This document shows positions 13,183 through 25,244 of a stretch of 64,000 bases of DNA, piece by piece. Origin of the DNA: Yuukianura sp. NJ FZ-2021 (Eukaryota); NCBI GenBank assembly GCA_046563655.1, contig CM102283.1:8370001-8434000 (forward strand), in the 5' to 3' direction. Made by a program: the position numbers and the translations under genes. Every line of letters begins with the position of its first letter. Within the stretch, counting starts at the first letter, position 1. The notes under the pieces were generated by a model. That model ran no database searches. It worked only from the letters and a program-made list of their open reading frames with translations, and was not told the origin of the DNA.

Positions 13183-13878
13183 GGTTGAGGTAAGGTTTAA
13201 CGATCGTCATTGTAGCCGCACAGTGTAGCCGCCGGCGGCCATCTTGGGTGGCTACAATGGGTGGCTACGCCAGAGCGGCAACATTTGTAGCCGCCTGTGA
13301 GAAAATTTCCCTTGTCGCCACTCTATTGTAGCCGCATATGCGAAATAACGCTGGCAACAATGTTTTAGAATTTGGCCAGTCAACGTAAACGAAAACCTCG
13401 AATCTAATTACTATTGTGTTATAACCTATAAGTGCTAACCTAACCTAACGCCGCGCCTTCGGCGCGGGAAAATAAAAGTTAATTCTCTGAATGAAACAAC
13501 AAAAAAATAATTAAATTGGCATTTGGCAACCTTTACTTTTTGATTCAGGAAATCCAAAATCCTGTTATATTTTCCCGCGCCGAAGGCGCGGAGTTAGGTT
13601 TTTTAAAGTTCGCAATACTGATTGCGTCTGTAGGTTACGTTGTTTAATGTTCGCAGTACTGATTGCGTCTATAGGTTAGGTTATCTTAAATTGTTAAGCA
13701 GTGTTGCCAGTTTTATTTAGCATGTGCGGCTACAATATGGTGGCTACAAGGCAAAATTTTCCACGAGCGGCTACAAATGTTGCCGCACAAGTGTAGCCAC
13801 CCATTGTAGCCACCCAAGATGGCCGCCGGCGGCTACACTGTGCGGCTACAATGACGATCGTTAAACCTTACCTCAACC
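13183..13878. mobile_element. Non-autonomous foldback DNA transposon (MITE), 696 bp, long TIRs, 8-bp TSD
   Basis: 13183-13268 is the exact reverse complement of 13793-13878 (86 bp, starting GGTTGAGGTAAGG), and imperfect pairing continues ~100 bp further. The direct repeat GAATGAAT flanks it at 13175-13182 and 13879-13886. No transposase ORF. It lies upstream of the MICAL-like 5'UTR acceptor (~13079). Confidence 0.93.
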
Positions 13879-14992
13879 GAATGAATTGAACAGTCCAACA
13901 GCAGACAGGATTTACAGAATGAGGTGTTCCTTTGTACAGATTACCTATAGGATTACATAAGGAACGCTCCGTTCAGAAGATTTATATGGCAACAAATGTA
14001 CCTGAAGTCTCGGACGAAGTACCAGAACTGGGATCTTCTACTGGTCTTATCTTGTGAAGATGATCTTTAGCAGATTGAAAACTTCTGACTGGTTGGTAAT
14101 CCACCGTTTCCGCCCGACCGTCGTCTGTCCGTCCCACTTGTCCCCTACACAACAAAAAAGAAACAATTGAAATCCACCTTCATGAATACACACAAGTTGT
14201 GTATCTCTAAGAACACAACTAACTTTACTCTGTGTCCAACCGAGATGTGACTGACACAAGACAACTTGGTCGACTGACTCACGAAGATCTCAAAAACAAG
14301 ATGTTATTCCAAGGATTGATCTCAACCATGCAGAATTGCAGAAGAGACAAAGACCAACTGAAGAGTTCAACAGTTCAGCTCCAATGACTCAACTTGTGGC
14401 GTTAAATTGAGGATACATCAGGACACCCACCGTACCTGTATGTACTTCCTCCTGGTGGCGATGAGCGTGGGAAGAAAATGACGTTTTACGATTGAGCAAA
14501 TAATGACAATGACCACAAAAACTCAGATAGGGGCCAATTATGTGGATTGGACCCATGTAGGTCACTCATTCCTTGACATTAGTCATAACTAAGCACTAAA
14601 ATGCACAGTAACGGTCACTGCCCGCTGTGCTAAGCTGTAACAATAAAAATTGTGTGAAATCTACGTTAAAAAACTGGTTGACAACATAATGATCTGGAAA
14701 TAATTGACGAAAATCTAGACATCAAACCCCTACTTTATTCATTTCTTGGGAAAATCTAACTCGTTTGATGGTTTCGGCGGATACTTGTTAAGTATCCTGC
14801 GAATGCTGGCATGACCGGTGCTTAACTCTATGATCCAAATGAGAAAAAAATTTCTAACATTGAAATCGTATCTGCCACGCATCAACTTAATTAACAGAAT
14901 GAGGCATGATTTCTGAATTATCTTAGTAAAAACGTTATAAGGTGAGTAAATTGTTTTGAACCGCTGAGCTGAATACGTTAAGGTGCTTGGAT

Positions 14993-15424
14993 TCATTCCA
15001 GAGGACATGGAGGCGGTAGCAACTTGACTTCTTGGAAGCATTCGTCGTATGTATCTTTGTAATCATCATGGGATTTGATAAGAACAACTAATGTTGACCG
15101 CTTAACACCAAGAGCAGTTCCAAGATCCTTTCCAGTTGGGATGAAAACGTATGGAATGTTTCGGCTCTCACAAACGGCTGGCATGTGACTAACGACGTCA
15201 ATGGGAGACACGTTTCCAGCAAAAACGGCTAGGCCTTTCTCTCCTTTCCGAATTTTTGTCTGAACGAGCTTGAGGCCACTATAGACTTGAAACTTTTGTT
15301 TGGATGCTTTGCGAATCAGCTTGGACAGTTTCTTGGCCAATTTCTTAGACGCCATTGGTTTGGATATTACGGTCGCCCTCCTTGCTTTCTCTTCGTAACT
15401 GAGCGCTTCCGGTTGTTCTTCCAT
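14993..15424 (-). CDS. NHP2: H/ACA snoRNP subunit NHP2 (L7Ae family), single coding exon
   Basis: 143 aa: ISKPMASKKLAKKL..GLKLVQTKIRKGEKGLAVFAGNVSPIDVVSHMPAVCESRNIPYVFIP..DLGTALGVKR..Y..DECFQEV. Likely 5'UTR exons at ~15748-15653 and upstream of 15853. AATAAA (- strand) at 14739-14734. Confidence 0.95.
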   Translation of the reverse strand: MEEQPEALSYEEKARRATVISKPMASKKLAKKLSKLIRKASKQKFQVYSGLKLVQTKIRKGEKGLAVFAGNVSPIDVVSHMPAVCESRNIPYVFIPTGKDLGTALGVKRSTLVVLIKSHDDYKDTYDECFQEVKLLPPPCPLE

Positions 15425-15852
15425 TGTTAGTCTGTCCTGCCTCCTGCACCTAACCTCCCTACAACTGAAAACAAAAATAACAAATTAACAAAAATCTCAA
15501 TCCCTGTCAGTTTATAATTCGAATTAGAGATGTATTCGAAGTGGTCCTGGAATAACCTACAGATTCAACATACAAGCTATTGCATCACGATTAACCTTAT
15601 TCCTGGAATTAGATTTACGATAACAAATACCAAGTACTGAAAAATTCGTTACTTTGTGTTTTGTTGTCCTTGCGCGAGTCCCCGCTGGACGACTGTCAAT
15701 ACCAATTTCTGCTTTCTCTGATGCTGCTTTCAGCTGATCCTGTGTTGTCTAAAAGGCAGAGAAAGTCACTGCTGATACTAAATCTAACATCTAACTTAAT
15801 TAAATTAATTTAGATTCAATATTCAATGAAATCAAATGTTGTTGTTACTTAC

Positions 15853-16274
15853 CGATAAACCACGTGTTTACTGATCGACTTTCGTGCTTGGCGGTAAGTG
15901 TTGTTGGTAGGCGTGTCTAGTGGTTGCGATTGCTGATCAGCTGTGCGACTGCGTCTAAGCACGCAACTGTACTTTACTTTGCGATAGTACCGTAGTATAC
16001 TGCTATACTGCATACTAGCAAAAGCCTAACACGAACAAAAGGAATTATACTTCTAGAAGATGTGCGAAGGATATAGAAAGCCTACTTAATCTTTACTCCT
16101 CTCTAAAATTGGGCGACGTACGAGGTACGACAACGTCTACTAGAGAAGCGATTAGCGACAATTCTCACTGCTTCGTTCATTTTTAAGCACCGAGAACGGA
16201 CAGTGACGAAACTTTTAAAAGTTGAATGAAAGTGGACTAAGACTAAAAGTAAATTGTCTACGAAAGGACATACG
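15853..16274. promoter_or_regulatory. Probable bidirectional promoter between NHP2 (-) and the RBM33-like gene (+)
   Basis: Head-to-head first-exon donors (- strand gtaagt at 15852, + strand gtaatt at 16275) lie ~420 bp apart. There is an ATCAGCTG E-box-like motif at ~15936-15943. TSS positions are not determinable. Confidence 0.5.
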
Positions 16275-16427
16275 GTAATTGATCAAGATTTATTAAAACG
16301 ATTCATTAATCACTAGCTGCACGAAAGAGAAAATACTGGAAAATATTCTAAACTTATTTTACCATATTCTCTTAATCTCAGCTGTTTATTGTCATTGTCC
16401 AGTTGGCATTTCTGTGCTGGTTCCTCA

Positions 16428-19400
16428 ATGGATTTATCCGACGGTTCAGATGTTGACGATGGAGATCATGTTTCGCAACAAATCAATGAAGAAGATCTGC
16501 TGGGGTCATCGGAAGACGAAGACGTAAGTCAAGTTATTCTAATTCTTCACATTAAGATTGATGCTGATTGATTCATTGGAAATACTGTAATGTGTGATAT
16601 TTCCTATACTCGTCACAGATTACCAAAGACAATGGAGGCTTTGCCATTCCAGATTTTTCATCACCAAGTCGACCATTGAGAAAGACTACACCAGCAATCG
16701 AGTAAGGTTTATGCAATGTACTAATTGTCAAATTACATTAAGTTTATCTTAACGATTACACCGTCTGTAATGCCTTTTCTAGGACCGATGAGGAAATTCT
16801 AGAATTAGCACTTGGAGATGACGAGGACGGTCTTGGTTTGGAACTAAACGCAAGCGATGACAGTCTGGGTATTTCACCTGTAAAAGTCAAAGTACTTTCA
16901 AATCGTGTTTCTCCACAAGTTACTCCAACTTCTTCGGTAAACAATCATGGCCTCCCATCGGATGGTGACAGTTATGCAGAAGGTGAATCTGAAGATCATG
17001 AAGACGATTCATCTGAAACAACCAAGGCAGCACCAGTAGTCGACACTGGAGAAGACGACGACGACGAAGAGAAAGGGCAGAGGTCGAGATTTTTAAGTGA
17101 AAGGCATCCTCAACCTCCTGCTAATGCAAATGCTGGAAATAAGTCTGGCAATTTCATTGAAAGTGCTCAACCAATCCGGACATTGGGTAAGCAACCTACA
17201 CAAAACTCCCGACTTGGTCAATTATTTCTCAAATTGTGTATTTTTAGGTGATCATTTCAAGTTCGGGAATCAGAATAACACGTTTCATTATGGCGGGAAT
17301 TGGCCCAGAGGAGGGATGCGAACACGAGGGAACATGCAGAATCACTTACAAATGCGTCGAGGATTCCGGCCAAACTCTCCAGTTCACATGATGGGCCACC
17401 GTAACAACCACCCTCATCTATCCCCAAGGTCACAACCGCCTATCATGGGCCAACTACACCATGCCCCGAGTCGACCCGACTATAGACCGGCTGGTCCTGA
17501 GGTAAGTATAACAATGTTTTCAACAATTACTAATTGGTCAAGAATGGAATTTCATACGTTTTGATTTAATTAGATTCCGGTTAGCCAATGCTCAGGACAG
17601 ATCTTCATTGACTTTAATCAGCCGATACAGCCGAAGATGAATCTTGTACTGGCACCACAACCACCACCAAAGATTCCTCCACCGTCAACTCAAGATCAAT
17701 CTCAAGCCCAAGAAGCTAAGCAACCTTCGACTCATGACAGTAATGCTACTACTGCACCAGCATCGCCAGTAGTCTTACCTCAGCAGCCTACAAATCCTGC
17801 TGAACCTTCAGCAGGACCTCCAACGATTTCCCCCCAAAAGCAAACCGTGGCAATCAGACCACAACAAGTACAACAACCTCAGGCTCCACCTTCAGAAGCA
17901 GTAGTTTCTACTCCGCCTAAGAACAACAATGTTAATCCAAATGTCATTACTGGCAGGTCACCACGACCATCCCGACATCCCTTCCATAACCGAAATCCAG
18001 TGAGACAACAACGGAATCCAGCATTCTATCCAGCCCCGAGGGCTCCATTCTCTCCGCAACACCAGCAGTTTCCTCCGCACCAGCAACAACAGCAGTTTCT
18101 TCCAGAACCGTTTCCACCGCAACAAGCATTTCCAGCTCAAAGGCCGCCAATTCCACCCATGAGACCTCCTCCACAAATGTTTATGCCAAACCAACCGCCT
18201 CAGATGTTTCCCCCACCACAACCGAACTTAATTCCACCGAATTTTGGTTATGTTGGAGGCCCTGCTCCAGGAATGATGGTACGCCATCCAGCAACACAAT
18301 TTGACCTCAACCGGTTTCCAAATCAAGGTCAGCAGCTTATGTGGGGTGAACAGTTGCCTCCACCATACTGTCCGCCGGCACAGTTCCAAGGAATGGCTCC
18401 TGGCTACTTCCCACCGCAACAACAACAGTTTCAACCGCCAATGAATCATTTTCCTATGGATCACTTACAACAGTATCCGCAAGATCCAAATATGCAAATG
18501 ATGGGAGCTGGTTATGCTTTTCCACAGCAACAACAACTACTACAGCAGCAGAATTTGCAGCCTGTTAGGCCTCCTGTTGCTGTTCAAGATGAGGTGGCCA
18601 GGATTGAGAAAGAAATTAGGCGGGAAGAGGAGCGGCTACGTTATGAACGTGAAAGGCGGGAACGTCGTGATTCTTCTGAAGATGAACGTCGACGTGACGA
18701 TTATCGACGGACACGATCGTCTGGTAGACGTTACTCTGACTCTGACTCGGAAGATGAAGATTACCGTCGGTCTGAGAAGGTAACACTGAAACCAAAAAAT
18801 TACTCAGTTTTTGTTAAAATTTTGAAAAAATTTTGATTCGATTACTTTTTGACGTTTTAGCAACGTCACTATGAAAAATATCATTACGTCCGTCGACGAA
18901 GATCGGTTTCCCGCGAACGTCCTACTTCTTCACCAGAATCTCAAGATGCCCCGCCCCCATCCGTCGATCCCAAGAAAGCTGCAGAACTGGACAAGATCAT
19001 TGGAGAAACGAAGGTAAAAGATTAATTTGTACAGTTAACGATTATGTTATGTTGGTTAATGAGTTAACTAACTTTGTCGATTTGGATTTGCAGAAGGAAA
19101 TGGGTATCGACGATGCATACATGGCCAAGATTGCAGAGCAGAAGCGACTTCGAGAAGAGATTTTGCGAAAGAAGGGCAACAAGAAGAGAGAAGCAGATCG
19201 TGAACTAGCACTAAAGTCACTGCCAAACAAACCCACAATTTACGTCAACCCAGCCACTTTCAAGGGAGACTTGTCACAGATTAGCAAACAAGTCAAGACA
19301 AGCATCCAAGGTCAAGAGAAGGCTACTACTTCTGCTTCTGTCGCTGCACAAGCGCAGAAGCGGAAGGTTTCTTCTGCAACACATAAACCGAACACTATTC

Positions 19401-20311
19401 TTCGGAAAATTGTGTCTTCCGATGGAACGCTTATTCGGATGGAAAAGTTGTGCAAGGTAATGCCCCAGGTTCGAAATGTATCGAGTACAAGGACACTTCC
19501 TCACACAAGTCCCTACCAAGGTGCATAAGAACTAAGGCAGCTCCAAAATTTACCATTTTATAAACTGGAAAAACTTTAAAAACTGAAATTTTGAAAATCC
19601 AAAACTGAAAGCAGTTGGGACTTGTGTGTCGAAGTGTGCTTGACCAATTCTCGAATACTCGAGGCCTTTTTCTTTGTATTTCTGTAGTTTTAAGGCTTCC
19701 AATTAGTCGTTCCAATGTTTTTTAAGATAATGTAACACTGCGCGCTGATTGGTTCCCAGAAACTATTAATTGTGAGACTGATTTTAAAAAAAGAACAAAA
19801 AAAAAATGAAAAGACTAGACAAAACCGCACTAGAGCCGATCTCCTACAATGAAAAATGTGACTGCGGTTTTTGAAAAAAAAAACTTATCGTTAGTATAAT
19901 CGCGCATGTAGCAAAAATGTTTTTGCTAAAATAACTAAAATGCTGAGCGTAACGCACTTGATGAACCAACTACGAAGGCAATATCCGGCAGTATAAGAAA
20001 AGTCAAGTATTTTCCAGTATTCCAGTATTTTGTACTTGAATTAAGTGTGCAATGATAACCATTTTAGGTGCGACATTTTAGTTAATTAACGCGTTGTATT
20101 TAAATGCTGGTCCCCTTCAAGTCCCAATCTAATTTGTAAACGAATCTGTGATAATGTCGTTACTATTTCTTACTTTGCTATGACTAACGTTTGAATTACT
20201 ATGCTAATTCACTGTAAAATGTAACATTAATTGACTGAGTCAGTTTTTTCGACCATGGGTTTTGCCCTCCAGGTTAAGAAGACGAAAAAGACGATTGAAG
20301 AGAAGCTTTGA
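16428..20311 (+). CDS. RBM33-like acidic/proline-rich nuclear protein; no RRM detected; two possible C-termini (stop 19528 or 20311)
   Basis: Exons 16428-16523, 16619-16701, 16783-17186, 17248-17501, 17574-18779, 18861-19013, 19094-19456 (or read-through to TAA 19528) and 20273-20311. It has an acidic N-terminus (EEDLLGSS; DDEEKGQRSRFLSER), a P/Q-rich middle and an RE/RD-rich segment. YMAKIAEQKRLREEILRKK resembles my recollection of RBM33 (KIEEQKRLREEILKQK), and IYVNPATFKG resembles IHINPHFKG. Confidence 0.7.
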
Positions 20312-20558
20312 CTTACCGAAGACGGAGGAGGTGGACATGAACCTGTCATCAGCACTTAAAATCTATGTAAGATCGGCCGAAAATAGCAAATTTTTTATAT
20401 CCAACCAAATTAATGGACTTATTCAAAATGACTATTCTGCAAACCCAGAATTTAAAGAATAAAGATATATAACATTTTCTAAATCCTAAATGATTAATCA
20501 ATTAATTGATTGATTAATCAATTAGTTGTGCTTATCTAAGAATACTCTCAGTTATTTG

Positions 20559-23500
20559 TTAGTACTGGTTAGATTTGGCTTCCCACTCGAGTGTTTCTAA
20601 CTGCGACATTGGAACGACACTGAAGAGTCCTTTGCAGATCCGTCCTCTGTAGCCATCATCAGTAGTAGGGGGTGAGTAGATTTGTGCTTCTGAGACATAT
20701 GAGAATGGAAATCGCAGCATCCAGTAGTTCGATGGAGATAGTTTGATAGGATCCTTCTGAGGGAAGAAGAACGGAGAGTTTAGGGCTGGTTGAACACGGG
20801 GAGATAGTTGAACGAATACTGGAGCTTTGGGAGTTACAACATGAAGTCTCATCAGTTGTGCAAACAGTTGCTCTCCAGTGGAATGTGTACTGAAAAAAAA
20901 AACAATCACAATTTTGAAAAACTGAAATTGACAGTTTTGATTTTCAAAAAACTTACTTGCACGGACATTTGTGGTACAGTGGCATTTCGCTTGAGGCGGC
21001 TTTGGCTGCTGCTTCACGAATATTTGGACCGAAGTTAGCATTGTTAAGATTCAGTACCTGAAATTCGAAAAAAAGAGAGTAGATAATCTCGAATACAGTG
21101 TGTCTCGAACTATCTAGGTTCTCCGTTATCGAAGTATCTTGAGTATCGAAATATCTCAAATATCTAAATGTCGAAGTATATTGACCAACGAGATATCTTG
21201 TCTATCGAGATATCTTAACTTTCTACCTTATCTGGAGATTCTAGTATGAACCGATGTCCCTTTTTGCACTCATATTCGAATCCAATGAAGATCTTAACGT
21301 TAAAAACGTCTTCAAACTTTTTGACTCCTTTTCCTGGGACTTTGCCCATGATACGTCGTGGAATAGGTTTGGCAACTCCCGGTGGTGCTTTGACAGTGAC
21401 ATCGTACGGCAAAAGATAACTTGACCCCACCAAGAAGTCCGGTTGGTACAAAATTCCACTGTTGTGGGCATAAGCACTGCAAAGTCAAAACTAATTTTTA
21501 AAAAAATCCAAGAAAACCAAACTCTAAACGTTTAAAAAACGTTGGGTGACGAACCTAGCCGGGCCGAATCGTACCAAGGACCAAGAAGAAAACAATGGAA
21601 GGAGATCTGGACACTGCGAGTGTAGCATTCCAGGCAAGAATTCCAGATGCGGTACAACATCACTAGTTTGTACTGGCGGAAATGCTGCGGAAGTATCTTC
21701 CGGTGGTGACGGTGCTTTTGGCAGTGAGAGCGGAATTTGTTCTTGACTTAACAGCGCAAGTCCAGAAATTCCTTCAGCAGCATCATCTACTTCGGTTTGA
21801 TTGGCTCCTTTCTGAGCTCCTCCTTCGTCTCCCTCATCAGTTGGATTAGTTATAAAGTCATCTCGATCTTCTTGAAAGTCAAGGTCAATGTCATCTTCAT
21901 CGTCATCTTCCTGTCGCAAGTCTCTCTCTAGTGAAATCGGCCGTTCTTCGTATTCTTCCAAGGGACTTGGTTCTATCTTCTTTTCTACTAGAATTTTCAG
22001 CATTTGTTCCAGTGTAAACCCCATGGCATCTCCGCGGCTCTTTTCAAATACTGGAAACTTGTAAGTTTCCAATTTATGACAGCATTCAGCAGCTAAGCGT
22101 TCGTAAAAGTCGACATTTGCTTCTCGAATAGTAAAGGGATCATCTCTGTATCCAGATCTTCTGCCACAGTTACAATAAGAAGTAAATCTAGCTCCTGTAC
22201 AGTGCTTCATTTTTGGTAGATTCTCGTCTCTGAAACGAAACATCAAATATCAATTTCAAGTTACCGAAGTTTAAAAATGAAAAATTGATTGAAAAAGTTC
22301 AATTACTGTGGTTCATATGGCAGAACTTCCAAATGGTCTTCAGGTTCGATTTGGTGACAAGGGTTGGTGCATAACTTGCGATTTAGACTCAATCCTGAAC
22401 ATTGTTGGCGTCCGCGCTTCCAATACCGGTCACATTTCTCTGTTAACTTTTCCAACCAAGGAATGATCCCTGGAGCTGTCGAGATCTTCAGAAACGAGTC
22501 AATGGCACTGTTCACCTAAAAAGAAAAATTTCACATTGAACAATATTTAATTGAGTTAAAACGAATTAGAACAAAGTTTATGCAATTTGAATTTGAGTTT
22601 ACCCGCCGCGTTTGCTCTTCAAATGAGTAATGTGATGGAAGGTTTTTGGTGTAAACGGAAAATACTTTATGGAAGTTGCTAGCACACAGATTCTCCAAGT
22701 ATTCAGCATCAGTGTCATTTTCTGCAAACCTTCGTAGTGCCTACAAAATAAAAAAAAGTTTTCTTTTTTTTTTACTCAGACTTACATTCAAATTGTAAAG
22801 TTGAAAAAAAAAAGTTTACTTACGTGATTGGTATGCTCCGTCCCGAGTTGGTCACCCAACAGTAGATCTTTCAATTTGTTAAACACGTTCATCCAGTCCC
22901 CAAGTTTTGGCAGTATGAAGACATACTTCCGATCTTCCGTTCCAGGTCTCAAAGCATTGTCATCAAACCCTCCATTCTTGGCCACTTTGACATGTGACAT
23001 CAAAAATGTTCTGAATTTCCGAACGTAATCTCTGTAAGTCATAGTAGTTGACTGTTCCATGGGTAAGCGTGACGAGAGCCCAGACAATACGCGCTCATTG
23101 CTGGCATCGCAGAACTTTTTGATGTAGTGGGACATGTCGCTTTGGTATTCGACAGATTCGTCATATAAGAAGACAAAGTCAGCTGATTGGTCCATTGGCA
23201 GTGCAAAAAAGGAATTGGAACTGTTGTTGGTGATTATTCTACACTTTCGCAGGATTTGGTAAACGTCATCTTCAAGTTTCTTTCCGAATTTTCTGGAGGC
23301 ACTTGAACTATCTTTGTTGTCTTTTGATGAATCCATGTTTTCAACGGGAACAAACAGTAAAAGCCTCGGTGAGCAGATACGACCCTGATTGACCCAAGCC
23401 GTTGGCAGTCCTGGGATCGTTTCCAGCATTCCCTTCATACTCGGATGCATGTCACGCCTGACAAAAACAAAAGTGGTGCTTATTCAATTATCATAGTAGC

Positions 23501-24115
23501 TTGCCAAAAATGGTGGACATACCGTAGTCTCTCCAGTGCCTGGAACAATCCAATGTAACTTGTATCAAAATATGGACCCACATTGCAGAGAACCATGAGA
23601 TGTGATACGGAGAAGAGGAACAGCAGGCTCTTGGAATAACTGCACTTCAACTCCGACCAGAGGCTCATGAACCGAATTCCTGGTGACGCTTGGAAGGCTT
23701 CAAGGCAAACGTTTGGATCATATGCTCCATCAAGACTTAAAATGAGAATTCCTTCCTCTTCGTTGTAAATTCCGTTGATTGTTGTAAAATCCTGAATAAA
23801 AGGAATCAATTTAGCATGGGGTTTTCAGTAAACTTTCGGAGTATTCAGTGGCTCAGGTTTCACCTTGTTCAATTCCTCACAAGCCGAATGATCTTTCGAT
23901 AACAGTCTCAGCAACCCGAAGGCATCAACGGCGAGTCGAAATGCTTTTTTGAATCCAACACAGGTAGAAGTAGGGACAAACTGACTTGGACCAAAAAATG
24001 ACACGACTGTAACTTCCTTATCAAGGTCAAGACCGAGTGTTTTGACTTGCTCTTCCAGAAGACAATTTTTCGAAACCAGATTTGTTATTTTCGGTGGCTT
24101 GATATTCCAACCCAT
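20559..24115 (-). CDS. SMG8: Nonsense-mediated decay factor SMG8
   Basis: Multi-exon. Motifs: LLFLFSVSHLMVL, GRICSPRLLLF, KLEDDVYQILRKCRII, CDRYWKRGRQQCSGLSL, CNCGRRSGYRDDPFTIREANVDFY, FLPGMLHS..LLPLFSSWSLV, FIGFEYECKKGHRF, AQLMRLHVVTPKAPV and YWMLRFPFSY. Confidence 0.95.
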
Positions 24116-24571
24116 CGTTTATCCAAGTGATCTGTACAAATTGAAATTTCTAATTAAAACTTTAAAAACAATGTAATAAAAATGGAAGCAAAGTACCACC
24201 GGCAGAAGACAGAGTATTTAAAAATGTTGATTCAATCAATCAAGACGAGCAGGAACAGCAACGTCTGCCAGAGTATACCCAGTACACAAAAGTAGTTCGT
24301 CACATCGCCGGTAACCAATTAATCTGTGAATAAATCAACCTTGTAATGTTAAGCGAAAACGATGAACAATCAGCTGACGTTTTGTTATTGTTTACTTTTT
24401 TTTACCAAGAGAAGACTGAAAAAAAAGTTTTGCATGTGCTTTTATACCCAAATTCAAAACGTTTTTTTTCCCGCGATTCAATTTCATTGGTTGGAAAACG
24501 GGATTTAAATAATTGCAATGTTCCCGCCCTTTCTCCAAACTGGGGCAAAGTGAGACTATAAATAATGTAAA

Positions 24572-24586
24572 AGCGCCCTCTGGCCG
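24572..24586 (-). promoter_or_regulatory. Candidate CTCF binding site between the divergent SMG8 and IRS promoters
   Basis: Minus strand CGGCCAGAGGGCGCT closely matches the CTCF core consensus CCASYAGRKGGCRS (deviating only at the 5' end). It sits in the head-to-head interval. Confidence 0.4.
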
Positions 24587-25244
24587 AAAAATGAGCAAAA
24601 CAAAAACCGAGACGTCTGGGGGGCGGGGTCAGCGATTGCAAAAATAAAAAACAAGGAATTTGCGAAAAAGGGGGGCTTGGTGAATGCCACCTCACAATTC
24701 TACGACGAGGACGCCAAGAACTGTAGTAAAGCGGAGTTCATTCATTTGTGGCCTTTGGAGTTTACGCTATATGGTCACAGGGGGATGAGTTTTTACTACG
24801 TCGTCCCCTCCTCACTCTAACTTAAACTTTAACAAATAACCTAACCATATCCTAACAAATAACACAACTATAACGTAAATACCTAACTAAAAACCTAACC
24901 TCGACCCCTCTTTCAACACTACTCCACCCAACCGGACTATAACAAAAACACTCTACTCGTTGTTTACGCATTTGGAGTTTGGCCGTGTGACGTCGAGCGA
25001 CTTGTTTTTCTTCTTCATTTCTCACAAACATTAAACATCCAATACTGTTACATCTACTAAACAAGGCTCCATGTCAATTAATTGACACCTACCCCACAAT
25101 TTAATTAGTCCAATTAGCCAGTGGAGTGTCCAAGTCTTCACCAGGTCACTCTGCCCAGTGCTACATCCTCAGTTTATACAGAATCCAGTGAATCTCTAGT
25201 CTAAATCAAGTCTGCATGATCTACTCTAACTGTGTCAAGAGAGC

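Noticed and set aside
15466-15652. Intronic H/ACA snoRNA in the NHP2 5'UTR intron
   Set aside because: No convincing two-hairpin fold with H and ACA boxes could be seen.
21080-21215. Degenerate atctcga/tcgagat repeats in a SMG8 intron, possibly a MITE relic
   Set aside because: No definable TIR pair or TSD.
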